Shown here piece by piece: positions 27,992 through 38,781 of a stretch of 64,000 nt of DNA. Position 1 is the first letter of the stretch; each line of letters starts with the position of its first letter. Origin of the DNA: an uncultured cyanobacterium (lineage in GTDB: Bacteria; Cyanobacteriota; Cyanobacteriia; Cyanobacteriales; CAWCAG01); contig CAWDOD010000010.1 of NCBI GenBank assembly GCA_963803805.1, forward strand, positions 256,001 through 320,000, given 5' to 3'. Made by a program: the position numbers and the translations under genes. The notes beneath the pieces are model-generated. The model searched no databases. It was not told the DNA's origin and saw only the letters and a program-made list of their open reading frames with translations.

Positions 27992-28776
27992 GATTATAGG
28001 GTCTAATTACAATATCTTTTAGGATATCTCCAGACTTCTACTTGGAGCTAAATAAATTTGTCAGAAACTAGTTTCTCTATAGTTTTTTACTCAGGAAATG
28101 CTTAAAGGTAAAAGATATTACATAAACCTGACAGGAATTATTTACTTATTGATAGAATTTGCTGTGGTTAGTAATTAGATAAGCTAGCTGTTTGTGAAGT
28201 ATAGACATCAATCTACGTCTTCTTGCGTAAGAGAATTTGCCGTTTCCGCCATAAATAAACTACCATGAAGAAAAAGTAAGCAAATTACCTCTTCAACTAG
28301 CTTACAAAACCTTTAAAAAAGAATTATCGATTAAGAAATAAAAGTTATACAAAACAAACGCAATCTTATACCTCACGACATACATGGATGAATAAATATA
28401 GTCATAAGAGCAAATTAAATAGATGTGTTATCTAACTTAAAGTCAGTAGGTGCAGCTACAAATATATTTTCATCTTGATACTTATTAATAAGCCGAGGAG
28501 GTATTCAAAAAGCTATATTCCATGTCTCAAAGCAAGAGTTTTGTTGCAACAAGGGTAAAAGATGTTTTAAGTTCTCAGACCTTACCATCAATGAAGATTG
28601 CTTTTAGAGTAAAGGGCCATACTTTAAAAGGTTAACTTCAACTCAGTTTTGCCTAAGTAAATTAAGGTGCAAAGCTTACACAGACTATGTGTGAGAGGGA
28701 TTCTCATGTCTAAAAATTCCTTTTTCACTAACAATTTGGTTCCATTTCTTTAACGTAAATAATACCAGGTAAATCG

Positions 28777-29598
28777 ATGATTAATTTCAAACAAATTCTC
28801 GCTAGTACCAGCTTAGTTACTGGAGCAGTTGTTTCTATTTCTACCGGTTCTGCTCAAGCTTTCAGTTTCCAAACAGGTGAGGATCTCGGAGGTTGCAATC
28901 CTCTACGCCAAGAAGTTATTGATAAAAACGCTCCCTCTACAAACCTCACAAGCTGTGAAACTACTGATGGTTTTAAGTTAACTGCTGGTTTTGAAGGCAA
29001 TCCTGGCAACGAAACTGATTCACCTCTTCTTGCTGCCAAGAAAGTCAAGGATACTATCGGGCTTGGAGTCAACTTTGACAAAGATCTTAGTAGCAGTAAC
29101 CCAGGAGATTATGGCACAGATGGAGAAATTGATGCTGGGGAATATATCACTTTAGAAGCAACTAAAGGCCCATCTATCTTTGACTATATTGAGCTATCTT
29201 TTCTCTATCAGCCAGGAGTACATAACGATGCTGTCTATGAAATTGCTCTTTTAGAAACTTCCCAAGGGAAAACTGGTACTTTAAGAATTACTGGCAATAA
29301 TACAGCAGAGTACTTATTTAATGGTCAAACAACAATTATTAATGCCCTAAGTTCTTCTACAAAGAATGGTGGTGGTTACTACCGTATTGATAATCCTTTT
29401 GGTGATATCAAAGTTGGTCAAGTCAAGTTCACTGCACCCGGAAATCCTAGTGATAATTCTACTCAGCATGACTACTCTCTCGTAGCAGCTAAAGCTACCC
29501 AAGTTCCTGAACCGGGAAGTGCAGCAGCAGTTTTAGGCTTAGGTGCTTTGTTTGCTAGACGCTCTCGCCGCAAGGAATCAGTTAGTAATATAAAATAG
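28777..29598 (+). CDS. PEP-CTERM sorting-domain exported protein
   Basis: Signal peptide ending SAQA; C-terminal VPEP, hydrophobic helix, RRSRRK. Confidence 0.9.
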   Translation: MINFKQILASTSLVTGAVVSISTGSAQAFSFQTGEDLGGCNPLRQEVIDKNAPSTNLTSCETTDGFKLTAGFEGNPGNETDSPLLAAKKVKDTIGLGVNFDKDLSSSNPGDYGTDGEIDAGEYITLEATKGPSIFDYIELSFLYQPGVHNDAVYEIALLETSQGKTGTLRITGNNTAEYLFNGQTTIINALSSSTKNGGGYYRIDNPFGDIKVGQVKFTAPGNPSDNSTQHDYSLVAAKATQVPEPGSAAAVLGLGALFARRSRRKESVSNIK

Positions 29599-29666
29599 TT
29601 CAATGTCTGCTGTGGATGATGTGATGATGGGAACCACTAGCATCTAATCTCAGTTGATCAGTAATT

Positions 29667-29703
29667 AAAAAAGAGAGTGGGGTTAGACCCTACTCTCTTT
29701 TTT
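29667..29703. terminator. Bidirectional intrinsic terminator
   Basis: AAAAAAGAGAGTGGGG-TTAG-ACCCTACTCTCTTTTTT between convergent genes. Confidence 0.8.
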
Positions 29704-29791
29704 GTAGGTCAAAAGTTATCTAGTTCAGAATAACTTTATCTCTTGCTCTGAGCAATAACTGATAACTGTTCATTGATCATTGAACATTAAT

Positions 29792-30757
29792 TCAATATCC
29801 CGTTTCCTCCTCATATTCCGGAGTTTTAGTTTTCTCTGGAATATTTACCTTTGGTGGGTTGTAGGGTTCATTTTCTACATCGTCGTCCCAAACATCCCCT
29901 TCCACTTCAACAGGTTCGGGTTCGATATAGGCTTCTTGTTCGTAAGTAACCATAGGTTCATCCCCCCAATTACCTTCTTCTTCATATTCTTCCTCTTCAT
30001 AGGGTAAAGGGGCTTCCTGGCGGCGGCGTAAAGGTTGACGTTCTGTATCTTCCCAAGCATCTTCGTCCCAAGTTTCCTCTGGTACTCGCGATCGCGCTTC
30101 AATAGGGCGGGGGGCTTTGGCTGGTACGTCTACAGGTATGCCAGTACCTAATTGATTTTCAGGGTTAGCGACGCGAGGTGATGAGTACATATCTTCTTCT
30201 TGGCTTTCCCAAGGAGGTCTGCCAATACCAACCCTTTCTAAAACTCCTACGGTGAGTTGGCTAAGACGTTCTTCAGAGCCTTCAAAAACGATTAAACGGT
30301 TGGGACCACTGCTAACAATTTCTTCAATGGGTAAAGAGTAGGTACTAAGTACTTGGTCAGGAATTTGTGGTAAACCGATAGAAGCCAGAATCAAAGAAGA
30401 AACTTTACCATCAGCAAGATCAAATTGAAAGTCCCGAACCCGACCAAGAAGTTCACCAGTTTCAGTAATTACTTCGCTATTAATAAGTCGGCTGTAGGCT
30501 TCGACATCTACATCATCAATGACATCTTCGTCTTCTACGAGGATGACATCGCCAGTTTGGATGATACTAGTAAGATACATATACCTGGGCATCCCAGATA
30601 AGGAAATAATACTATCTCGCAAACCAAGGGCCACGACTTCCCTTTGGTCAACATCAACAAGGAGATCCTTGACCACTCCTAGGCGTTTGCCTGTATTGCG
30701 AGTAATGACCTGGGTGTTTAAAAATTCAGCGCGTAGACGGATGTTATCTATTGTCAT
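29792..30757 (-). CDS. PRC-barrel domain protein with acidic tail
   Basis: Two PRC barrels (VITRNTGKRLGVVKD; VITETGELLGRVRD); immediately downstream of smc. Confidence 0.88.
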   Translation of the reverse strand: MTIDNIRLRAEFLNTQVITRNTGKRLGVVKDLLVDVDQREVVALGLRDSIISLSGMPRYMYLTSIIQTGDVILVEDEDVIDDVDVEAYSRLINSEVITETGELLGRVRDFQFDLADGKVSSLILASIGLPQIPDQVLSTYSLPIEEIVSSGPNRLIVFEGSEERLSQLTVGVLERVGIGRPPWESQEEDMYSSPRVANPENQLGTGIPVDVPAKAPRPIEARSRVPEETWDEDAWEDTERQPLRRRQEAPLPYEEEEYEEEGNWGDEPMVTYEQEAYIEPEPVEVEGDVWDDDVENEPYNPPKVNIPEKTKTPEYEEETGY

Positions 30758-30806
30758 TTTTTCCTACAGTGGAAGCTCCCAATCCAATTTCAATATGAAT
30801 AATTGT

Positions 30807-33800
30807 TTAAAGTTTAATTCCTAAAACTTGAGTATAAGCGCCCCTGGCTTGGGTAACACCGATGGTACGTTCGGAAGATTCGATCATCGGTCGTCGCAAG
30901 CTTACCACAATAAATTGTGCTTGTTGGGCCTGCTTTTTGATCATTCTAGCTAATCGTTCGACATTTGCGCCGTCTAAGAACATATCCACTTCATCAAAGG
31001 CATAAAAAGGGGAGGGGCGATAACGCTGTAAGGCGAAGATGAAGCTGAGGGCGGTGAGGGATTTTTCTCCCCCAGACATGGAACTAAGACGTTGTACTGG
31101 TTTCCCTTTGGGGTGGGCAACTAAGTTGAGTCCCCCAGAAAAAGGATCTTCGGTGTTATCTAGTTGCAAGTAACCGTCTCCTTGGGAAAGGGTAGCAAAA
31201 GTGCTTTGAAAGTTTTCGTTAACTGCGTCAAAGGCTTCTTTAAAAGCCCGTAATCTTAAGGTGGTGAAGTTTTCCACCCTTAATAATAATTCAGTACGTT
31301 CTGCTTCTAAGGTGGTTAATTTTTCTGTGAGTTCTTGTAAGCGAGTTTGGGTACGATCATATTCTTCTAAAGCCAGCATATTTACAGGTTCCATGTCCTG
31401 GAGGCGCTTTCCGGAATTACGCAAGTCTTTTTGTAATTTCTCTAGTTGTTCTGTAACGTTAGCAAAAGTGATACCTCCCCCTCCTTGGGGATCAACTAGG
31501 AAAGGAATCTCTGGTAAAGGATTGGGAAGTTCTGCTATTTGGCTAGCTATTTTTTCTTGCAACTCCTGTAATAATTTTCTTTGTTCTTGTTGAGTTTCTT
31601 GAAGTTTTTGGTTACTCCAGGTTTTCTTTTGTTGTTTTAGTTGTAGCGATCGCAGTTTTTCTTCTGCCTGATCCCTAGCTTGTTTAGCGGTTTGTAATTT
31701 TGTGGATAATTGAGCAAGTAATTCTTGAGTTGCCGCAATTTCTTCAGTTACAGCAACAATTCCAGCTTCTACTTCCCCTTCTTTATTAGTAATATTCAAT
31801 TTCTGTTGCTCAATTTCTCCGATTCTCTGTTGAGATTCTTGAGTTTTCTCGGCTAAGCGTTGTGCTTGATTGACTAAATCTTTCAACCGTCCTTCACTAT
31901 CGCGTAAAGTTATCTCCTTTTGCTGTAAACTATGTTCCTGTTCTTGAATAGCTTTACGCATCATCTGCCACTCACTATGGCTTTGAGACTCTTCTAAGGC
32001 AGTCAAACTTTCTTGCTTGTTTTGTAAATCGGCTTCTTGTTGAGGAATCTCTGTCGTTAAAATTTGCAGGCGTTTTTGCAACTCTGCTAATTCCTGATTA
32101 TATTGACTTAGTTGAGTTTCTCTTTGCAGTTGTTGTTGGGCGAGGCGTTTAATTTCTGTCTCCGCTTGTTCTTGCCGCAGTTGTTTTTCCTGATGGCTTT
32201 GTCTGGCTTCATTTAATTTTCTACTCAATTCCTGGGCCAAACTTAACTTCTGCTGACTTTCTTGTTGGCAGCGTTCCAAAACAATACCAATTTCCTGCAA
32301 GCGTTGTCTCAAAGCAGCTAATTCCCCTGATTCTTGTAAACTAGCTGTACCAAAATGCACTGAGGCACGGAAAGAACTACTGCCCCCAGTCATTGCCCCA
32401 CTACTTTCTAATAATTCTCCTTCTAAGGTAACGATACGAGTTTTACCAACATGAGGGCGGGCATCATGGAGGCTAGCGAAAACCACTGTACTACCAAAGA
32501 CATAATCAAAAATATTTTGATAACGAGGTTGAAAATCTACTAATTCTACAGCGTAGTCAATAAAACCAGGGGCGTTGCGGAGGAACATCACCTGATTCAT
32601 CCGAGGGGGCTTAATCTTGTTTAAAGGTAAGAAAGTTGCCCGCCCGCCACGCTTTTGTTTCAGCAGTTCAATACCTTGGGCAGCCACCCCATCATTTTCC
32701 ACCACTACAAACCCCAGACGACCTCCTGCGGCTGTTTCCAAGGCTAATTGGTAGCGGGGGTCAACCTGTCCGAGTTGGGCAACTAAACCGCAAACTCCTG
32801 GCAAGTTGGCTTGTAAAATTGCTTTGGTAGCGTAGGTTCCTTGTGCCTCCTGTTGGGCTTGGTTAGTAGCTTCTAATTTATCTAACTGCCGTTGTTTATT
32901 TCTTTGTTCAGTAAGTAGGCGGTTTAAGGTATCTTCTTGTAATTGACGTTCTTGTTCCGCCGCCGCGAGTTGTTGTACCAAAGATTGGCTATTTTGTTGG
33001 GAACTATCAACCTGGGTAGCTAAATTAGTAGCTTCTGCTTGCTTAAGTTGAATTTCTGCTTGGTTAATAGCTAAGAACTCCTGCCCTTCAGTAATTTTGC
33101 TTTCTAACTGGCTGTAGCGTTCCTTAAGTTGTGCCTGTTCTGTACGTTGAGGATTAAGGCTTTTTTGTAAGGCAGCTATCGCTTTACTCAGGGCTGTTTG
33201 TTCCTGTATCCACGCCTCAGAAGCAGAAGCGAGACTATTAGCTGCTTCGCGACTTGTTTCTAAAACTTCCTTGGCGCGAACACATTCTTGTTTTAAATTA
33301 GGTAAAATTTCTTTTTCTTGTTGAGATTTTTCTTCTTCAAGTTCTGCCAAACTATGGCAATATTGTTGTCCTTGCTGATTAAGCTGAACTATCTCTGCTT
33401 CTGCTTGTTCTTTTGCTGTAGCTAACTCCTCTCGACGTTGGCGTAATTGATTTTGCTTCGCTTCTTGGGTAGCAAGTTGGGCAGCCACCGAAAGTTGTTC
33501 ATCTTCTCCTAAAGCTTTGACGTGGCGATTCAACTGGGCTAATTCTGCCTCTGCTTGGTTAATTTCCCCAGCTAACTTTGTTAACTCCTCTTCTAACTGG
33601 CTTGCCTTCTTCTCCCCTTCGGAAATTTTCCCTTGCAACTCCTGTTCTTGATGTTGTAGCGATCGCCAAATTAATACCGCCTCCCACTGTTGCTTTTGGT
33701 GAATTTCTGTCTTCAGTTTCTGGTACTTTTCTGCTTTAATCCGATCCGCAGCTAGGCGATCGCGGGCTTTAATCAGTTCTTGTTTAATAATGTGACAACG

Positions 33801-34400
33801 TTCTTCCCTTTCTTGTACCTCCTCAAAAGTTTTCCTTACCCGCTCAATTTTGCGATCAAAAGCAGCAACTCCTGCTAGTTCATCAATAATCTCCCGCCTT
33901 TCTTTAGAATTCATGGTAATGATGCGGGTAACATCCCCTTGCAACACCACGTTATACCCTTCAGGATAGATGCGTAGGCGGTTAAGTTGTTCGTGAAGTT
34001 CTGTAGCGGTAGAAGGTTCGCCATTAATAAAATAACTAGAAGAGTAACTTCCTCCTTTAGTCACCCTCAACCGCCGGGTAACAGTCCATTCTTGCCCCTC
34101 AAAGTTAGCAGCAATATCATCTTCTGAATCCTCAGTTTCTGTGAGATCAAAAGTTACACTAACACTAGTTTCAACAGTACCGCGATGTTCCTTATTATGG
34201 TTAACCAAATCCGGGAGTCGTTCTGCCCGCATCCCTTTAGAACTTGCTAAACCGAGGGCAAACAACAAAGCATCAAGAATGTTAGACTTTCCAGAGCCAT
34301 TAGGGCCAGAAACCACTGTAAAACCAGGTAATAGAGGAATTGTACTTGTTCCTCCGAAAGATTTAAACCGGGAAAGTTCTACACACTTGATATGAACCAT
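30807..34400 (-). CDS. smc: Chromosome segregation protein SMC
   Basis: FKSF, GPNGSGKSN, hinge GGRATFLPL, MSGGEKS, FDEVDMFLD. Confidence 0.98.
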   Translation of the reverse strand: MVHIKCVELSRFKSFGGTSTIPLLPGFTVVSGPNGSGKSNILDALLFALGLASSKGMRAERLPDLVNHNKEHRGTVETSVSVTFDLTETEDSEDDIAANFEGQEWTVTRRLRVTKGGSYSSSYFINGEPSTATELHEQLNRLRIYPEGYNVVLQGDVTRIITMNSKERREIIDELAGVAAFDRKIERVRKTFEEVQEREERCHIIKQELIKARDRLAADRIKAEKYQKLKTEIHQKQQWEAVLIWRSLQHQEQELQGKISEGEKKASQLEEELTKLAGEINQAEAELAQLNRHVKALGEDEQLSVAAQLATQEAKQNQLRQRREELATAKEQAEAEIVQLNQQGQQYCHSLAELEEEKSQQEKEILPNLKQECVRAKEVLETSREAANSLASASEAWIQEQTALSKAIAALQKSLNPQRTEQAQLKERYSQLESKITEGQEFLAINQAEIQLKQAEATNLATQVDSSQQNSQSLVQQLAAAEQERQLQEDTLNRLLTEQRNKQRQLDKLEATNQAQQEAQGTYATKAILQANLPGVCGLVAQLGQVDPRYQLALETAAGGRLGFVVVENDGVAAQGIELLKQKRGGRATFLPLNKIKPPRMNQVMFLRNAPGFIDYAVELVDFQPRYQNIFDYVFGSTVVFASLHDARPHVGKTRIVTLEGELLESSGAMTGGSSSFRASVHFGTASLQESGELAALRQRLQEIGIVLERCQQESQQKLSLAQELSRKLNEARQSHQEKQLRQEQAETEIKRLAQQQLQRETQLSQYNQELAELQKRLQILTTEIPQQEADLQNKQESLTALEESQSHSEWQMMRKAIQEQEHSLQQKEITLRDSEGRLKDLVNQAQRLAEKTQESQQRIGEIEQQKLNITNKEGEVEAGIVAVTEEIAATQELLAQLSTKLQTAKQARDQAEEKLRSLQLKQQKKTWSNQKLQETQQEQRKLLQELQEKIASQIAELPNPLPEIPFLVDPQGGGGITFANVTEQLEKLQKDLRNSGKRLQDMEPVNMLALEEYDRTQTRLQELTEKLTTLEAERTELLLRVENFTTLRLRAFKEAFDAVNENFQSTFATLSQGDGYLQLDNTEDPFSGGLNLVAHPKGKPVQRLSSMSGGEKSLTALSFIFALQRYRPSPFYAFDEVDMFLDGANVERLARMIKKQAQQAQFIVVSLRRPMIESSERTIGVTQARGAYTQVLGIKL

Positions 34401-34575
34401 ACACTCTGGTCAACAGCAGTTCCTTAAATATCTAAGTATATGCAAAAATACCGAATTTGGGTTGATTCATAGGTAATAGGTGATTAGGAGAGAGCCAAGA
34501 AAAGACTTAATCCAAAAGCGATAAGCTAATGGCTAGTTGCTAGTTGCTAGTCGCTAAAGTCTTATACATAATAAT

Positions 34576-35901
34576 TTAGCTCTCCCTAAATAAAGCTGAA
34601 TCTTTCGCTTCTCTAGCTTTTTTCACATCAACTGAACCAAGAAGAAGCAAACCTAAAATAAAGAAAATAATTAAAGAAATAATCGCTGTCCTAGAAGTTC
34701 CTGTAACTTGACGAATAATAGCAAATAATAAAGGACCGAAAATAGCTGAACCTTTATTAAATACAGAATAAAAACCGTAAAACTCTGCTGAAGCTTGGGG
34801 AGGAATCAAAGAACCATAAAAGGAACGACTTAGGGATTGGGAACCACCTTGAACTAAACCAACTATTCCTCCTAAAATGAAATACTCTGTAGGTGTTTGT
34901 AAAAAGTAAGCGTAAATAACCACAAAAGACCAACCAACTAAAGTTACCATTAAGGCATTTTTAGCTGAGATGATTTCTGCTAATTTACTAAAAGCTAATG
35001 CCCCAATGATACTAACAAATTGAATTACCAAAAGTGTTACCATCAAAACGTTAGTGGTAAAACCCAACTCTTCTGTGCCATAAATCGTTGCTAAGGTGAT
35101 AACAGTTTGAATGCCGTTGTTATAAATAAGATAGGCGATTAAAAACAGTAGTAAATGCTTAAATAATTTGACTTTTTTTAAAGTAACCCAAGTTCGTAAT
35201 AGTCCTACTTTTGTGTAAGCTTGCCACTGGGGCAAATTTCTATATTCCTGGGGTAATTTTTGCCCCCTTTGAGACTCTTTTAAATAGAGAAATGTTATTA
35301 AAGCAAAACCTCCCCACCATAAACCTGCCATCAAAATAGCTAACTTAGCAGCTAAAGCCGCAGAAATACCAATTTGTTCATGGAGAGCAATTAATCCTAA
35401 AGAAAGGGCAAACTGTAAACCTCCCCCAATGTAACCACAAGCAAAACCTTGCCCAGAAACCCAATCTAGTTTATCTTCAGCAACAATTTCTGGTAAAAAA
35501 GCATCATAAAAAATGTTGGCAGCCACAAAGCCAATTTGGGCAATAATAAACAACCCCAAAGTTTGCCAAACATCTCCTGCCCCAGAGAAAAAAAGCAAAC
35601 AAGCAGCTAGACTACCAAGATAACAAAAAGTTAGTAAAAACTTCTTTTTTGCTGCGGAGAAATCGGCGATCGCGCCCATAATTGGCGCAATAAGTAAAAC
35701 CAAAAAAGCCGAAAAACTAATTGCCAAAGCCCAAAGACTAGTGGCACTAAAGGTAGCATTACCAATAGTTACTCCTCCTTCCGGCACTACCACAGAAGCA
35801 AAATAAGCAGGCAATACAGCAACAACTACCGTAGTAACATAGGCAGAGTTAGCCCAATCGTACATTACCCAACCGAAAATTTGTTTTTTGTTGTTATTCA
35901 T
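34576..35901 (-). CDS. MFS transporter (UMF1/Atg22-like)
   Basis: WVMYDWANSAY, FYDAFLP, QSLSRSFY, 12 TM pattern. Confidence 0.88.
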   Translation of the reverse strand: MNNNKKQIFGWVMYDWANSAYVTTVVVAVLPAYFASVVVPEGGVTIGNATFSATSLWALAISFSAFLVLLIAPIMGAIADFSAAKKKFLLTFCYLGSLAACLLFFSGAGDVWQTLGLFIIAQIGFVAANIFYDAFLPEIVAEDKLDWVSGQGFACGYIGGGLQFALSLGLIALHEQIGISAALAAKLAILMAGLWWGGFALITFLYLKESQRGQKLPQEYRNLPQWQAYTKVGLLRTWVTLKKVKLFKHLLLFLIAYLIYNNGIQTVITLATIYGTEELGFTTNVLMVTLLVIQFVSIIGALAFSKLAEIISAKNALMVTLVGWSFVVIYAYFLQTPTEYFILGGIVGLVQGGSQSLSRSFYGSLIPPQASAEFYGFYSVFNKGSAIFGPLLFAIIRQVTGTSRTAIISLIIFFILGLLLLGSVDVKKAREAKDSALFRES

Positions 35902-36094
35902 TAATTGAGGAAATGAGAAATAGGGGTCACGGATTTTGTTACTTTAGGCTACAAAGAAGAAAATGAAAATGCCAATTTCCTGATGATACCCTTAATGAAA
36001 CTCGCCCCCCATTTATAACTGTTCGGCTTGCCCTTGCCCCAGGCATGGTTAATAACGGTTCATTGTAGGGCTTGCCCTTGCCCTTAGACATCAT

Positions 36095-36126
36095 TGATAA
36101 CTGATAACTGATAACTGATAATTGAT
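36095..36126. repeat. Heptamer tandem repeat (TGATAAC)n
   Basis: About four copies just before the ATG at 36127; related run near 29754. Confidence 0.75.
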
Positions 36127-38236
36127 ATGAGGACTATAGAAACAAAAGCTATTGTTAGTGCTGATGGTAAAGTAACTGTGGAATGCGCCTCCGGGTTTAC
36201 CACCGGGAGAACATAAAGTTACCATTATTGTCGAAGATATTCCCCCCAGAACTTTTTCTGATCTTGCTAATCATTGGGGGAAACCTTTTATAGAAGGTTT
36301 GGCTCAAAAAAGAATTGTTAATGGCTTTCCTGATGGTACATTTCGCCCTGATGTAACTATGAGTCGGGCGCAATTTGCTGCTGTGGTGGGGACAGCTTTT
36401 AGTTTGCCCCGCAAGCGAGAGAAGATTGCTTTCAAGGATGTACCTGTCGGTTATTGGGCTGTACCTGGTATTGAAAAAGCTTATGAAATGGGTTTTATTT
36501 CTGGTTTCCCTGGAGAAGAATTTCGCCCCAATGAACCCGTTACAGCAGTACAAATAATTCTTTCTTTGGTTAATGGCTTAGGGATTCAAGCTGCTGGGGC
36601 AGAAGATGTGCAGTTATGGCAGGTTTATCAAGATTGGACAGAAATTCCTGATTATGCCAAAAAGCAAGTGGCGATCGCCACTTTAAAAGGTTTAGTGGTA
36701 GATGGGCAAGGGCAACAAACCTTCAAACCTAATTCCCCAGCAACTAGGGCTGAAGTTGTGGCTTTTATTTATCAAGCTTTAACCTTAGTAGGGGGTGTAC
36801 CGAAAATTAACTCAGATTTAATTGTCACCTATCCTCCAAAAAAGCCCTTACCCCAAACCCTTAAATTACAACATCGTCGGGAGTTTCGCGGAGTTTGGGT
36901 AGCAGGTATTTGGAACATTAACTGGCCTTCCAAACGGGGGCTTTCTAGCAACGAACAAAAGCAAGAATTAATCACCATCCTAGATCGCATCAATAGCCTT
37001 AACCTCAATGCCCTTATTCTCCAGGTACGTCCGGAAGGAGATGCTTTCTATGCCTCCCAGCTTGAACCCTGGAGTGCCTGGTTAACGGGAACCCAAGGCA
37101 AAGCCCCTAATCCCTATTATGACCCCCTAGAATTCGCTGTTACAGAGGGTCACAAGCGGGGTATCGAAATCCATGCTTGGTTTAATCCTTACCGGGCAAA
37201 AACTTCTTCGCAAACTTCCCCTAATGTCAAACCTCACCTCGATGCAGTTTATCCTAGCGCCGTTTATCAATATGGAACTCAACGTTGGATGGACCCAGGC
37301 TTAAAGGTTGTACAAGACCGCACCTACAATGTGATTATGGATGTGGTGCAACGCTATGATGTGGATGGCATCCATTTGGATGATTATTTTTATCCCTATC
37401 CCATTTCCGACAAGCCTTTCCCCGACGACAATAGCTACAATGCCTACAAAGCTAGTGGAGGCAAGCTATCTAGGGATGACTGGCGTAGGGACAATGTTAA
37501 CAAAATGGTTAAACGCCTTAGTGAGGGCATCCACGCTGTTAAGCCTCACATCCGTTTTGGCATCAGTCCTTTTGGTATCTATCGTCCTGGGCAACCTCCC
37601 GGTATTAGCGGGCTTGATCAGTTTGGTGATCTTTATGCCGACCCCAAAAAATGGCTTGCAGAAGGTTGGGTAGATTATATTGCACCGCAACTCTATTGGT
37701 CAATTGCTCAAAGGCAACAAAGTTATCCGGTGTTATTAAAATGGTGGACAGAAAATAACCCCAGAGGTAAAGATATTTATGCGGGTAATAACCTAGCAAA
37801 GTTAGAAGGAAATGCTTGGTCTGTAACAGAAATTGAACAGCAAATTAAGCTTACCCGTGACTCTTTTCTTCAAAAAGCGACAGGGAATATTTACTACAAT
37901 ATGAAGCCTTTCGCGAGGAATTTGCAAGGAGTAAACGAGCGTTTCCAAATAGCTATTTATCCTCAAGCTACCTTAGTACCTATTTTGCCAGATACTAAGT
38001 TGACTCCTCCAGAAATACCGACAGGAGTTAAGGTAGAAAATGGTCGAGTTAGTTGGAATCCCGGCAACCAAGGTTTAAAAGGTTGGACTCTTTATCAACA
38101 GGTTTCTGGTAGTTGGAAGTTAGAGCAAGTTTTGCCTTTGCAAGTTACGGAAATTAAGTTAAGTTCTGGTACTTATGCTGTTTGTGCGGTTAATCGGGTA
38201 TCTCAAGAAAGTGCAGGGGTAGTATTTTCTATTTAG
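36127..38236 (+). CDS. SLH-domain plus GHL10 glycoside hydrolase; 5' end interrupted by a 1-bp insertion
   Basis: Three SLH repeats and REFRGVW, HAWFNPYR, DGIHLDDYFYPY, YIAPQLYW; the tracked TTG at 36299 falls inside the first SLH repeat; ATG 36127 joins the frame if one base near 36184 is removed. Confidence 0.85.
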
Positions 38237-38288
38237 CTTTTCTACAATCGATATTAAAAAAACATTTATTCTTGCCCACCGCAACTAA

Positions 38289-38326
38289 AGCAAGGGGGTA
38301 GAGTTAGCTTGCTCTACCCCCTTGCT
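38289..38326. terminator. Strong 15-bp hairpin, probable terminator
   Basis: AGCAAGGGGGTAGAG / CTCTACCCCCTTGCT. Confidence 0.75.
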
Positions 38327-38327
38327 G

Positions 38328-38413
38328 TATAATGCTAGTGTGTCATGCAATTTGCCTGGTAGTCGGTTTGGATTGACTATCAGGCTTTCCTGGCACATTG
38401 TAGCATTTTTTTT
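38328..38413. ncRNA. Candidate structured small RNA
   Basis: Nested stems AATGCTA/TAGCATT, GTGTGTCA/TGGCACAT and GCCTGGTAGTCGGT/ATTGACTATCAGGC with G-U pairs, followed by T8. Confidence 0.4.
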
Positions 38414-38556
38414 AAGATCAACTTGACTCTTAGTTAGTGAATGAGTCATATTTTTATGCGATCGCTTCGCTGCACATTAAGGGTATCCCACAGTTCAAAG
38501 GCGATCGCAATCTATTCATTTTCTTATAAAATAAAGGAATCAGTTGGAACAAAGTA

Positions 38557-38781
38557 ATGGAAGTTTTTAAGCTTACTACTGAAATTGATCAAAAAGGGCA
38601 GCTCAATATCAATCTACCTACTAATTTAACGGAGGGCAAGGTTGATTTAGTGGTAATTATTAATCCTGTGACAGAAAAGGATAAAAGACCTAATACCTAT
38701 GATTTTTCCGATTTGGTAGGTAAGCTTTCTTGGCAAGGAAACCCAGTAGCAGAACAGAGAAAGTTAAGGGATGAGTGGTAA
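38557..38781 (+). CDS. Putative antitoxin of type II TA pair
   Basis: 74 aa ending EQRKLRDEW, overlapping the downstream PIN gene. Confidence 0.75.
   Translation: MEVFKLTTEIDQKGQLNINLPTNLTEGKVDLVVIINPVTEKDKRPNTYDFSDLVGKLSWQGNPVAEQRKLRDEW

Noticed and set aside
27992-28776. 785-bp AT-rich intergenic region as a hidden gene or RNA
   Set aside because: No credible ORF, repeat or stable structure found by eye; likely the promoter region of the PEP-CTERM gene
30807-34400. SMC as part of a Wadjet or Lamassu defence system
   Set aside because: Canonical hinge-containing housekeeping SMC next to a PRC-barrel gene; no jet or lmu partners
36025-36083. Direct repeat GGCTTGCCCTTGCCC (two copies)
   Set aside because: Looks like degenerate REP-type sequence; only two copies and no spacer-array character
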